Source: Eledone cirrhosa
Lineage: Eukaryota
Length of the DNA stretch: 64,000 nt
Direction: 5' to 3'
Assembly (NCBI GenBank): GCA_964016885.1
Contig: OZ024745.1
Coordinates: 100,254,001 to 100,318,000 of the forward strand
The notes beneath the pieces are model-generated. The model was given only the letters and a program-made list of their open reading frames with translations, was not told the DNA's origin and ran no database searches. A program made the position numbers and the translations under genes. Below are positions 28,811 to 41,940 of this stretch, piece after piece; the stretch's first letter is position 1, and every line of letters begins with the position of its first letter.

Positions 28811-30530
28811 ATAGGATATATTGTAGAGTTTACTGTGGCAGTGTAGGACATGATAGGAACATAGAATATATTGTAGAGTTTACTGTGGCAGTGTAGGACA
28901 TGATAGGAACATAAGATATATTGTAGAGTTTACTGTGGCAGTGTAGGACATGATAGGAACATAGGATATATTGTAGAGTTTACTGTGCAGTTTGGAACAT
29001 GATAGGAACATAATATATATTGTAGAGTTTACTGTGGAAGTGTAGGACATGATAGGAACACAGGATATATTGTAGAGTTTACTGTGGCAGTGTAGGACAT
29101 GATAGGAACATAGGATATATTGTAGAGTTTACTGTGGGAGTGTAGGACATGATAGGAACACAGGATATATTGTAGAGTTTACTGTGGCAGTGTAGGACAT
29201 GATAGGAACATAGGATATATTGTAGAGTTTACTGTGGAAGTGTAGGACATGATAGGAACACAGGATATATTGTAGAGTTTACTGTGGCAGTGTAGGACAT
29301 GATAGGAACATAGGATATATTGTAGAGTTTACTGTGGGAGTGTAGGACATGATAGGAACACAGGATATATTGTAGAGTTTACTGTGGCAGTGTAGGACAT
29401 GATAGGAACATAGGATATATTGTAGAGTTTACTGTGGGAGTGTAGGACATGATAGGAACACAGGATATATTGTAGAGTTTACTGTGGCAGTGTAGGACAT
29501 GATAGGAACATAGGATATATTGTAAAGTTTACTGTGGCAGTGTAAGACATGGTAGGAACATAGGATATATTGTAGAGCTTAGTGTGGCAGTGTAGGACAT
29601 GATAGGAACATAAGATATATTGTAGAGTTTACTGTGGCAGTGTAGGACATGATAGGAACATAAGATATATCGTAGAGTTTACTGTGGCAGTGTAGGAAAT
29701 GAGGTTACTGTGGCAGTGTAGGACGTGGTAGTATCATAGGATATATTGTAGAGTTTACTGTGGCAGTGTAGGACATGATAGGAACATAGGATATATTGTA
29801 GAGTTTACTGTGGCAGTGTAGGAGATGATAGGAACTTAGGATATATTGTAGAGTTTACTGTGGCAGTGTAGGAGATGATAGGAACATAGGATATATTGTA
29901 GAGTTTACTGTGGCAGTGTAGGACATGATAGGGACATAGGATATATTGTAGAGTTTACTGTGGCAGTGTAGGACATGATAGGAACATAAGATATATTGTA
30001 GAGTTTACTGTGGCAGTGTAGGACATGATAGGTACATAGGATATATTGTAGAGTTTACTGTGGCAGTGTAGGACTTGATAGGAACATAGGATATATCGTA
30101 GAGTTTACTGTGGCAGTGTAGGACATGATAGGTACACAGGATATATCGTAGAGTTTACTGTGGCAGTGTAGGACAGGATAGTAACATAGGATATATTGTA
30201 GAGTTTACTGTGGCAGTGTAGGACATGATAGGTACACAGGATATATCGTAGAGTTTTCTGTGGCAGTGTAGGACATGATAGGAACATAGGATATATTGTA
30301 GAGTTTACTGTGGCAGTGTTGGACATGATAGGTACATTGGATATATTGTAGAGTTTACTGTGGCAGTGTAGGACATGATAGGAACATAGGATATATTGTA
30401 GAGTTTACTGTGATAGTGTAGGACATGATAGTAACATAGGATATATTGTAGAGTTTACTGTGGCAGTGTAGGACATGATAGGAACATAGGATATATTGTA
30501 GAGTTTACTGTGGCAGTGTAGGACATGATA

Positions 30531-31015
30531 TGTTTCTTTATTAGCCACAGGGGCACAAAAGAAGGGGACAAATACACAGGACATGATATGGAGGGAGTAG
30601 TGAGGTGCGTGTGTGGTGTGACATGGCAGATGAGGTTCTGGTTGAAGTGGGAGATTGAATGGGCTAGGAGTGTAGTGTTGAAAGGAGGAGATGGACTTGG
30701 GGAAGATGGCAGTTAAGGATGTAGACAGAGGCTAGCATGAGAGATGAGAATGTGTGGGGTTATGCTTTATGGATGTGGAAATGTAAGAAGCATGGTGGCT
30801 GTATATGCAGAAACATTGAGAGACAAGGGACTGGAGACAGTGGCTGATGAAATAATGAAATGACAGCAGAAATGGGTTTGGATGAAGATGAGTTGGGAGG
30901 AATGAGAAACACAAGGACAGTTAGAGGTACCTGAAGAGATGGCGAAATTTAAGCCGGAATAAAGATTCCAGATGAAAGGTTCGAGGTTTTCCATTATAGT
31001 GGAGTAAAGAAAGAA
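30531..31015 (-). mobile_element. 3' end of the second non-LTR element, copy 2
   Basis: Identical junctions to 28329-28810, a few substitutions and a 3-bp indel; offset 2202 bp. Confidence 0.6.
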
Positions 31016-33554
31016 ATAGGATATATTGTAGAGTTTACTGTGGCAGTGTAGGACATGATAGGAACATAAGATATATTGTAGAGTTTACTGTGGCAGTGTA
31101 GGACATGATAGGAACATAGGATATATTGTAGAGTTTACTGTGCAGTGTAGGACATGATAGGAACATAAGATATATTGTAGAATTTACTGTGGCAGTGTAG
31201 GACATGATAGGAACATAGGATATATTGTAGAGTTTACTGTGGCAGTGTAGGACATTATAGGAACACAGGATATATTGTAGAGTTTACTGTGGCAGTGTAG
31301 GACATTATAGGAACATAGGATATATTGTAGAGTTTACTGTGGAAGTGTAGGACATGATAGGAACACAGGATATATTGTAGAGTTTACTGTGGCAGTGTAG
31401 GACATGATAGGAACATAGGATATATTGTAGAGCTTACTGTGGCAGTGTAGGACATGATAGGAACATAAGATATATTGTAGAGTTTACTGTGGCAGTGTAG
31501 GACATGATAGGAACATAGGATATATTGTAGAGTTTACTGTGGCAGTGTAGGACATGATAGGAACATAAGATATATCGTAGAGTTTACTGTGGCAGTGTAG
31601 GACATGATAGGAACATAGGATATATTGTAGAGTTTACTGTGGCAGTGTAGGACATGATAGGAACATAGGATATATCGTAGAGTTTACTGTGGCAGTGTAG
31701 GAAATGAGCTTACTGTGGCAGTGTAGGACGTGGTAGTAACATAGGATATATTGTAGAGTTTACTGTGGCAGTGTAGGACATGATAGGAACATAGGATATA
31801 TTGTAGAGTTTACTGTGGCAGTGTAGGACATGATAGGAACTTAGGATATATTGTAGAGTTTACTGTGGCAGTGTAGGAGATGATAGGAACATAGGATATA
31901 TTGTAGAGTTTACTGTGGAAGTGTAGGACAGGATAGTAACATAAGATATATTGTAGAGTTTACTGTGGCAGTGTAGGACATGATAGGAACATAGGATATA
32001 TTGTAGAGTTTACTGTGGCAGTGTAGGACATGATAGGAACACAGGATATATTGTAGAGTTTACTGTGGCAGTGTAGGACATGATAGGAACACAGGATATA
32101 TTGTAGAGTTTACTGTGGCAGTGTAGGACATGATAGGATCATAGGATATATTGTAAAGTTTACTGTGGCAGTGTAAGACATGGTAGGAACATAGGATATA
32201 TTGTAGAGTTTACTGTGGCAGTGTAGGACATGATAGGAACATAAGATATATCGTAGAGTTTACTGTGGCAGTGTAGGACATGATAGGAACATAGGATATA
32301 TTGTAGAGTTTACCGTGGCAGTGTAGGACATGATAGGAACATAGGATATATCGTAGAGTTTACTGTGGCAGTGTAGGAAATGATAGGAACATAGGATATA
32401 TCGTAGAGTTTACTGTGGCAGTGTAGGAAATGAGTTTACTTTGGCAGTGTAGGACGTGGTAGTAACATAGGATATATTGTAGAGTTTACTGTGGCAGTGT
32501 AGGACATGATAGGAATATAGGATATATTGTAGAATTTACTGTGGCAGTGTAGGACATGATAGGAACATAGGATATATTGTAGAGTTTACTGTGCAGTGTA
32601 GGAAATGAGTTTACTGTGGCAGTGTAGGACGTGGTAGTAACATAGGATATATTGTAGAGTTTACTGTGGCAGTGTTGGACATGATAGTAACATAGGATAT
32701 ATCGTAGAGTTTACTCTGGCAGTGTAGGATATGATAGGAACTTAGGATATATTGTAGAGTTTCCATTCCTGTCTTAATTACAGTAAGTAGGGAAGTGTTC
32801 CAGGGATCCAGGCCACCACATGTTGCCACCATTATTGTTTTGGCTAATTTATATTATATCTTATTACAATTATGTCCTAGGATATTATCAGGCTCAACTC
32901 TTGTAAAGAAATAGAATCTATAAATATATTATAAAATAGTTGATGTTTGAATTGATTATGCAAATGCTAAACCAACTATAAAGTTAAGTAATAAATAAAA
33001 CATTTCAAACTAATCATATGTATATTTATTTTTATTTGAAATTTCAATAAATTACTCTATTTATCACTACAAACCTTAATATTTCTTATAAGTGTAAGAG
33101 TATATATTTTAAGTAAATCCTACATATGTAATTAATCTTTAGAAATATTATACAAAGAATTATCATTTATCTAATAGGCAAAGTACATATCGATTTAAAA
33201 TCACTTTCTAAGGTATGGCTGAGTGATTTCCTGAAAGCATATGAATTAAAAGCTTTTTTTACTAAGCAATTTATCTAAAGATATTTCAAAATGAAAACGA
33301 GAATACTTTTTAAGAATGTTTAAAGAAGGAAATATTTTTGGCTAATTATAAAGAGTTTATTTATTAGTCTATATATTTATTGAACTTTGCATTCTATTGA
33401 TAATTATTTTAGGAAATATTGCCACTTTTAATTTTTGGTTTCCAATTGCTATCAATATGAGAGAAACTATATATTTTATTAATTTAACTTTGGTTATACT
33501 AAAAATGCAACATTGGTGATACATTATTTAAAAGAACCAATTTAGTATATTATA

Positions 33555-33592
33555 CTAGCAGAAAAAACCCCTTTTGGGGGGTTTTCTGCTAG
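33555..33592. repeat. Short imperfect inverted repeat (hairpin)
   Basis: CTAGCAGAAAAAACCCC-TTTT-GGGGGGTTTTCTGCTAG. Confidence 0.7.
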
Positions 33593-34003
33593 CATGTGTA
33601 GTGTGCATATTGATATTATATGCAAATATGAATGTATATAGATATGATACGTCAAATAAAATCATAATTGACAATATGCACAGAAATTGAAAAGAGACTG
33701 TGTTACACTTTCTTCTGTAATCAGTAAACTAATCCTTGATACATTTAAAAAAGATGATATTATATATAAACTGCATTATGGTGAAATGTAATGAAAATGA
33801 AAAAGGAGAAAATTAGCGACGGAAATATAAACGTTATGATATAACGATGAAAATATATAAACATTTATATAAGCATTGTGATATAGTGTCCATTATAACA
33901 GGAAGTATTGACATTTGAAAATTTTAAAAGGAGTGAATCTTAAAATAAGTGAATCTTAAAATAAGCAATCATTATATATAAAAATATTTATGTTTAATCA
34001 TGT

Positions 34004-34450
34004 GAAGGCACATGATGGCTTAGTGGTTAGAGCATTGGGCTTGCAATTGAAAGGTTGTGAGTTCAATTCTCAGACCGGGTGATGTGTTGTTTCCTTGAGC
34101 AAGACACTTTATTTCACATTGCTCCAGTTTACTCAGCTGCAGAAATGAGATGATAGGACTCGGGTCCATATCATTCCACTGCAAAGTGGTCGTGGAGGTG
34201 CCACGGCAAAAAAGCACCCAGCCCACACTGTAAAGTGGACGTGTAGGCGCCATGGAAACAAAACACCCAGCACTCACTGTAAATGAGGTTGGTGTTAGGA
34301 AGGGCATCCAGCTGTAGAAATGAAGCCAGAATCAGTTCCCGTATGAGCAAAACAAGGTAAGCCGACTGGACACTGCCCACAACAGGACAACCTGTTAAAC
34401 CCATGCTAGCATGGAAGAATGGACGTAAAACGGTGTGGATGATGATGATG
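34004..34450 (+). mobile_element. tRNA-derived SINE, family 1 (CORE-like centre, RTE-type tail), longer variant
   Basis: A box TGGCTTAGTGG, B box GAGTTCAATTC, CCTTGAGCAAGACACTT central block, GGTTGGTGTTAGGAAGGGCATCCAGCTGTAGAAA block, (GAT)n tail. Confidence 0.9.
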
Positions 34451-35261
34451 AATCAACAAATATGAAATTTAGTACATAAATTATGTAATATTCGTTCATT
34501 ATTTATTCAAGTAATCCAACTTATTTTACTAACGGGATAAAAAAATATATTCAGGACACAGTCCCACACTCCTCCCTTTTATATATATGATATATATAAA
34601 ATATATATATATTATGATATTATTTATCTAGACTTGACCAGCCTAATCAGTGTTAAAAACATGTAAGCATATTAATACAGTTATATTTGTGGATGTGTTA
34701 TTTTTTTTGCCTTTGACTCCATTCTCCCTAAACACACACACGTACTAGACATAATTTTCTCTATTTTTCTTTTTATATTTCACAATAAAGATAGTAAATT
34801 CCATCAGAAGAAGTAATCCCAAAGCAATCACTTTGAAACATGATGCACTTGAATTAGCATATGTCTTTATTAAAGTCTTCATATGTACCACTGTGTATAT
34901 GTTCATTTCTCAGGAACATTACCAATCTAAACTTTGGACCTACTCGGTTAATATTCTCATAAGATTTAAGATTTTCAAGAAAAGTAGACAGGATCATTTC
35001 TGGCATGAGCCTCCCCTTTTAGTAATCACCAGTATGGGTTCCATTAAAACTGGTCCAATGTCAATGGTATAAAAACATTCTGACAAAGTTTCTATTTGAA
35101 GGCTTCATACCCTATAGTAAATCTATTGCCAAACTCTTACTTCACAGAATTTAATCCATCAGAAACTTTCCAACATTATTCAATGTTAGAGCCTTTCTAG
35201 CAGATATGTTGCAAACACCATCTTAATTATAAAAAAGTTGCATTATTTCATTAAAATGAAG

Positions 35262-35450
35262 GGTGGTGGATTGGCAGTATCGGTAGAGGGTCGGACGCCA
35301 TGCTTTCCAGCATAGTTACGTCCCTTTATGATCTGAGTTCAAATCCCGCCGAGGTTGACTTTGCCTTTCATCCTTACGGGGTCGATAAAATAAAGTACCA
35401 GTAATGCACTGGGGTTAATTGCTGGCCTTGTGCCAAAAGTAGAAACAATT
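35262..35450 (+). mobile_element. tRNA-derived SINE, family 2 (Meta-domain-like)
   Basis: TGGCAGTATCGG A-box-like, GAGTTCAAATCC B box, GCCTTTCATCCTTACGGGGTCGATAAAATAAAGTACCAG central block; other copies in window. Confidence 0.8.
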
Positions 35451-36774
35451 ATTTCATTAACATTCTTACAAATACTTGCTTATTTAAAAAAAGAATTGAA
35501 ACATACAGACAAAGCTTCTATTTGTAGGCTTTATATAGAATTAACCAGATAACTGGGAGAAGTTATTGACAAGTTACTATATTACCATGTTGATAAAATT
35601 TACTCAACTTTGCTATTTTATTTTGAGAGATATATACTCCCATTACTTTCTCAATTTATTCATGCATATATATATATATTATTAATATGCAACCCTCTCT
35701 TTATTAAGTTTGGACACCACTTATAATTTCTAAAAGCAACATAAGATGGGAATTTAACAGTGTAAAACACTAAGAAAAAACAATATATCACTACTGAGTA
35801 ACAACCTACAGCTCCATACATATCATTGATGTTATATGTTAAGACTAAAAATATGAATACTTTTTATCATGTGCATAGTCGAAATTACATCACAAAGTCC
35901 TTTTGCAAGAATACCATGCATATGTGATATTGTAAACATTATGCAAACGTCTTCTAGACTGCATATCGGGTGAAAGGTTATAAATCTTTGTGTTTATGTT
36001 CTTAAAGTTTTTAGATATTATAGGTGGGCAGTAGGAGTTTCTATTGATATATACTATTGATGTATACAAGTTTTTTGGTGGATTTATTACAAGGTTTATA
36101 TGTGTTATCATTGAAGTTCAGAATGAAAACCAATAAATTAGTTCATTTTAGATTAGTATTGATATGAATTTTAGTCCTGGTTTACAGAAGGAAATCTATA
36201 TGTTCTTCATTAATTTTATCTAACATGTAGCTGTTAGCATACATGGATATGATGTGACTGAACTTTCCTCCTAAAAAAGGATATTTGATATGATGGCACC
36301 ATATTATAATAGTGACTTCAAGGTCTGTATACTGCCTACTCACATATAAGTTTCTACCAGTTTCCCTAAATGTTAAAACAAATAGATATGAGAATAATAC
36401 AGCTTACACATTATGGATGAGTCGCATAATGTAGAGTGCTTTTCTTTTATTACATCATGGTTAACTAAACAGAAAGACAACTTCTGTCCATTGGTAAACC
36501 ACAAAACATAAATGAATATATATACGAATATACTTATATACCTATGTGACGTTTGAGGTACTAGAGATTAATAACTCATTTCATATGTATATCTTGAAGA
36601 TAATTATGATAATTATGATAATTAAAGTGTAGATTCCTGTCCACTAAAGGAAGATAACATATTAGTCTTACTTTTAGTATTAAACAAACAATTTTTTACC
36701 CTAAGCATGATCATCAACGTTTCACATGATTCCACTTAGTGTGAAAGCAGACGTTGTTTGGTAAAGCTTTTAAT

Positions 36775-36958
36775 TTATATATATATATATATATAAATTA
36801 AAAGCTTTACCACATATCATCATCACCATCATCATCATCATATATACATATATATATAATGTACATATATATACATATATATATATACATATATATACAT
36901 ACATACATATATATATATACATACATATATACATACATACATACATATATATATACAC

Positions 36959-36993
<35 letters not shown>

Positions 36994-37268
36994 CACATAC
37001 ATATATATATATACACAAACATATATATATACACATACATATATATATATACACACAAACATATATATATATATATACACATACATATATATATATACAC
37101 ATACATATATATATATACACATACATATATATACATATACATATATATATATATATACATATATGTATATATACATATACACATACATATATATATATAT
37201 ATACATACGTATATATAAATATATATATATATATATACATACATATATATATACATATACACATACAT
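36775..37268. repeat. (TA)n/(TACA)n/(CAT)n compound microsatellite
   Basis: Direct inspection. Confidence 0.95.
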
Positions 37269-37591
37269 ATCATCATTTTACATTCGCTTTTCCCTGTTTG
37301 CAAGGGTGGGACGGGAACTGATTCTGGCTTTATTTCTACAGCTGGATGCCCTTCCTAACACCAACCTCATTTACAGTGAGTGCTGGGTGCTTTTTTGCCG
37401 TGGCACCTCCATGACCACTTTGCAGTGGAATGATATGGACCCCAGTCCCTATCATCTCATTTCTACAGCTGAGTAAACTGGAGCAATGTGAAATAAAGTG
37501 TCTTGCTCAAGGAAACAACACATCACCCGGTCTGAGAATTGAACTCACAACCTTTCTATTGCAAGGCCAATGCTATAACCAATAAGCCTCC
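37269..37591 (-). mobile_element. SINE family 1
   Basis: Reverse complement of the 52197-52541 and 56279-56630 copies. Confidence 0.9.
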
Positions 37592-37693
37592 ATATATATA
37601 TATATATATATATATAACGAAGGAAATGTGGTAAGGAACCAGGTGGACCATAACGCACCAAAGTACTCAATACTTGAGGTAGTAGAGTGGGTA

Positions 37694-37789
37694 ATAGGAA
37701 CCAGTAAGACCCCGACAGCTGAGCTCAAGCCGTTTCGACGGCTAATTCGTCGAAACGGCTTGAGCTCAGCTGTCGGGGTCTTACTGGTT

Positions 37790-37794
<5 letters not shown>
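37694..37794. repeat. Perfect 47-bp inverted repeat with 7-nt spacer
   Basis: 37694-37740 is the exact reverse complement of 37748-37794; spacer GCTAATT. Confidence 0.95.
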
Positions 37795-37853
<59 letters not shown>

Positions 37854-37958
37854 TGTATACACATACATATATACACATATATACATATATATATACACAT
37901 ACATTGATATATATATATATACGTACATATACACATACATATATATATACATGCATAT

Positions 37959-38043
<85 letters not shown>

Positions 38044-38284
38044 TATATATATATATACACATATATACACATATATATATATACACATATATAAATATAT
38101 ACACATACATATATATATATATACATATATATATATACACACATATATATATACACACATACATATATATATATATACATATATATATATACACATATAT
38201 ATATACATATATATATATACACATATATATATATACACACACACACATATATATATATACATATATATATATATACACACACAC
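37795..38284. repeat. (TA)n/(CA)n compound microsatellite
   Basis: Direct inspection. Confidence 0.95.
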
Positions 38285-39098
38285 ATCATTATCATCATCA
38301 TCAACGTTTAACGTCCGTGTTCCACGCTTGCATGGGTTTGGACGGGGGTTTTCCCACTTGAGGCAAGAGTGATTATCTTGCTCGCATAGGACTATCTGGC
38401 GGGTTTTCTACAGCTGGATGCCCTTCCTAACACCAATCACATTTACAGTGTGGGGCTGGGAGGTTTTTACCGTGTTGCCTACACGGCCACATTACAGCGT
38501 GGACTGTGTGTTTTTTGACGTGACACTACACGATCTCATTTGTTTCGGCCTGGATGTTGTGGCACCAACATAACTTTACATTGAAAGGGGCGGTGTGGAT
38601 GGGGTGGGGGTGGTGGGACGGGGGTGTATTTTGTTAGAGATGCCTACTGACTGTAGTAGGTTTTACTTTGTATTTAGGTAAGGCGGGTCTTCTCTATTAC
38701 TGAGTACCGCCAAAGGTCTCGGTCAAGTGACATTGTCTTGGTGAGGTGTAAGTGTGTGAGGTCGGAATTTATCAGCTCGTCCTAGGTTTTTCTGGGTCTG
38801 CCTATTCCGTGGCTACCGTCTATCTTTACTGCCCTGCACTTTGTTATACAGCTATCGTCCTTCATGCACATCACGTGACCATACCAACGTAGCCTTCTCT
38901 CGAGTAAACAACATCTGATCCCTCTTATTTCTAATTTTTTCCTTAGTTCGCTTATGCTTTGCCGTTCATGTATATTACTATTACACATCCAGCGGAGCAT
39001 GCAAGCTTCGTTCCTCTCTAGTCTGCGTATATCCTCTGCACACAATGCCCAGGTCTCACTGCCATGCAACATTGCTGTTCATATGCAGGCATTGTACA
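38285..39098 (-). mobile_element. RTE LINE family B, 5'-truncated (ORF C-terminus plus 3' UTR)
   Basis: [10 protein letters not shown]...[10 protein letters not shown]...GRPRKT, near-identical to 60715-61508; TGG>TAG premature stop at 38782; (GAT)n tail. Confidence 0.92.
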
Positions 39099-39195
39099 CA
39101 CATATATATATATACACACATATATATATATATACACATACATACATATATATACACACATACATATGTACACATATATATACACATACATATAT

Positions 39196-39240
<45 letters not shown>

Positions 39241-39553
39241 TATATATATACACATACATATATACACATAGATATATATATATATACACACATACATATA
39301 TATATACATATATATATATACACACATACATATATATATATACACATATATATATATACACACATATATATATATACACATATATATATATACACATACA
39401 TATATATATATATATACACACATACATATATATATACACATACATACACATATATAAATACACATACATATATATATATACACATACATAAATACACATA
39501 TATATATACACATACATATATATACACATACACATATACATACACATACACAC

Positions 39554-39604
<51 letters not shown>

Positions 39605-39620
39605 TATATATATATATACA
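39099..39620. repeat. (TA)n/(TACA)n microsatellite
   Basis: Direct inspection. Confidence 0.95.
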
Positions 39621-39778
39621 CCTCAAAGCCAATGGCGGGTTTATCAAGTGAGATCGAAAGAACAAGTCATGAAGACAAACTGACCCAAGTTTGATAAATA
39701 TATCTTAAAAAATAAAACTACTGTGTTATTATTTCCTAGACAGTAATCTTGCGAACAAATATTGTGCGCACCCTGTAT

Positions 39779-40116
39779 ATCATCATCATTTCATTTTATG
39801 TCCACTTTTCCCTGCTTGCAAGGGTGGGACGGGAACTGATTCTGGCTTGATTTCTACAGCTGGATGCCCTTCCTAATACCAACCTCATTTACAGTGAGTG
39901 CTGGGTGGTATTTTGCCGTGGCACCTCCACGACCACTTTGCAGTGAAATGATATGGACCCCAGTCCCTATCATCTCATTTCTACAACTGAGTAAACTGGA
40001 GCAATGTGAAATAAAGTGTCTTGCTCAAGGAAACAACACATCACCCGGTCTGAGAATTGAACTCACAACCTTTCGATTGCAAGGCCAATGCTCTAACCAC
40101 TAAGCCATGTGCCTCC
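39779..40116 (-). mobile_element. SINE family 1
   Basis: Full copy; minus strand starts GGAGGCACATGGCTTAGTGG. Confidence 0.9.
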
Positions 40117-40122
40117 ATATAT

Positions 40123-40612
40123 ATATGAATTAAAATTAGAGTAAGAAGCCAGGACTATCCCTCATCAGCAATAACTAAATAAAGTTATTCGGATAAAAGG
40201 AATTGGGTGGAGAAAGACATGTAAACAAACAAGAATGGTGAGGCAACGTAAAGAGTGAAAAATGAGAAATCAAGTCAGTGATACAAGTGAACATAAGACC
40301 TAGTGAATCAATGACAAGAAGACGAAAGATGCATCCAAGCCATGCGAAATGTGAGCGAGAAAAGAATTTCACACGAGTCAGACGAGGAGAAGTGAGAGAG
40401 GGTGTGTAGCAGAGAGTGAGTGAGTGAAAGTGTGAGGAAGAGGCTAGCCGAGAGAAGGGGGAGAGAGAAAGAGGAAAGCAGTAAGGGAAGAGAAAGAAAG
40501 GTCACAGCGAAGAGAAAAAAATATAGGGATGAAAAATGGCGTGCTGTGTTGTTGCGGATGTGATACATATGAATTAAAATTAGAGTAAGAAGCCAGGACT
40601 ATCCATCATCAG
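40123..40612 (-). mobile_element. Segment bounded by 46-bp direct repeats, possible Penelope partial-tandem remnant
   Basis: ATATGAATTAAAATTAGAGTAAGAAGCCAGGACTATCC(C/A)TCATCAG at 40123-40168 and 40567-40612; each gives CTGATGA on the minus strand. Confidence 0.4.
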
Positions 40613-40841
40613 TGATATTCTGGCCATCATAGGTGTGAAAACATAAATGCAAATATTACCTCAGAATGTAAAGAGTTGGAACAAAATATACATATATATA
40701 TATATGTAAAAGTTCTATTTAAATTGTTGGGATACAACAAGCAAATATTTTAAATTTATTTTTAATTTATTAACTTTTCATTGAGCCACAAAGTGACCCG
40801 TTGCAAAACACGTATATGTATGTATATATATATATATATGT

Positions 40842-41385
40842 AAACCTTTATATGTAATAATCTCCCATTAGGTTGAGATACAAATTTGGCTGTATTGTGC
40901 TGTGCTTTCTAGCAAAAAGCCACCAGCTGTAAGCAACTACCACACTCCTTCCAACCTGACCGCTGCTACGTCCCGATTCTTAGCCATTTTCGAATGAATT
41001 CTTGGCGCGATCACCTTGGAAAATTTAATGTCTAGATTAGAGCAAACTCCTGAAGAGTCCGATGCTCGACTTTCCAAAGTTATTGGAAATCTCAAAATGC
41101 GGACGAAACCATGGTAGAGGTATATAAATGTATTCTATTTTCTCCTATTTTACACCTAATTCTGTTTAATTGATTGTATCTGGGCGATTACGCTGTCGAA
41201 ATATTCGATAAATATTCCGTCGCGGCCGACGCGAAGGGTTAGTTTCGGTTATTTGTTGGAAATTTCTTCATAGAAGCCTTATTCTTATAGCCTGGTCTAT
41301 TCGATTTTTTATATAGTTAATTATGCTAATTGGGAGAGGAAATGGTATATATTTTATCTGATGATTCTATAGACATGTTTTATGA
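40842..41385 (+). mobile_element. Probable Penelope-like pseudo-LTR fragment
   Basis: CpG-containing island between (TA)n tracts that carries a type I hammerhead with the palindromic stem III typical of Penelope-like elements. Confidence 0.55.
41045..41121 (+). ncRNA. Type I hammerhead ribozyme, intact core
   Basis: CTC-CTGAAGA-GTCCG-(38 nt)-CGGAC-GAAAC-CATG-GTA-GAG; all core nucleotides present; predicted cleavage after A41116. Confidence 0.8.
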
Positions 41386-41410
41386 TATATATATATATAT
41401 ATATATATAT

Positions 41411-41940
<530 letters not shown>

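Larger units (their letters stand above)
1..32762. repeat. 50-bp tandem satellite array (about 600 monomers in window, continues off the left edge)
   Basis: Head-to-tail monomer GCAGTGTAGGACATGATAGGAACATAGGATATATTGTAGAGTTTACTGTG with recurrent 26-, 42-, 51-, 52- and 60-bp variants; ends abruptly at ...TTGTAGAGTTT|CCATTCC (~32762). Confidence 0.99.

Noticed and set aside
1-32762. CRISPR-like array or repeat-protein gene (MSYTATVNSTIY ORFs)
   Set aside because: No unique spacers and no cas genes. The 50-bp unit is not a multiple of 3, and ORFs appear only where variant monomers remove stops.
34004-34080. tRNA gene at SINE heads
   Set aside because: A and B boxes are present but there is no convincing cloverleaf, and the heads continue into SINE body and tail in multiple copies.
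34790-36120. Possible host exons or pseudogene (ORFs 34833-35072 and 35890-36111)
   Set aside because: No recognisable domain, frequent stops in alternative frames and no supported splice structure; would need BLASTX or RNA-seq.
39668-39705. ATGAAGA-CAAACT...AGTTTG hammerhead-like hairpin
   Set aside because: Both core segments deviate (no CTGA, no GAAA).
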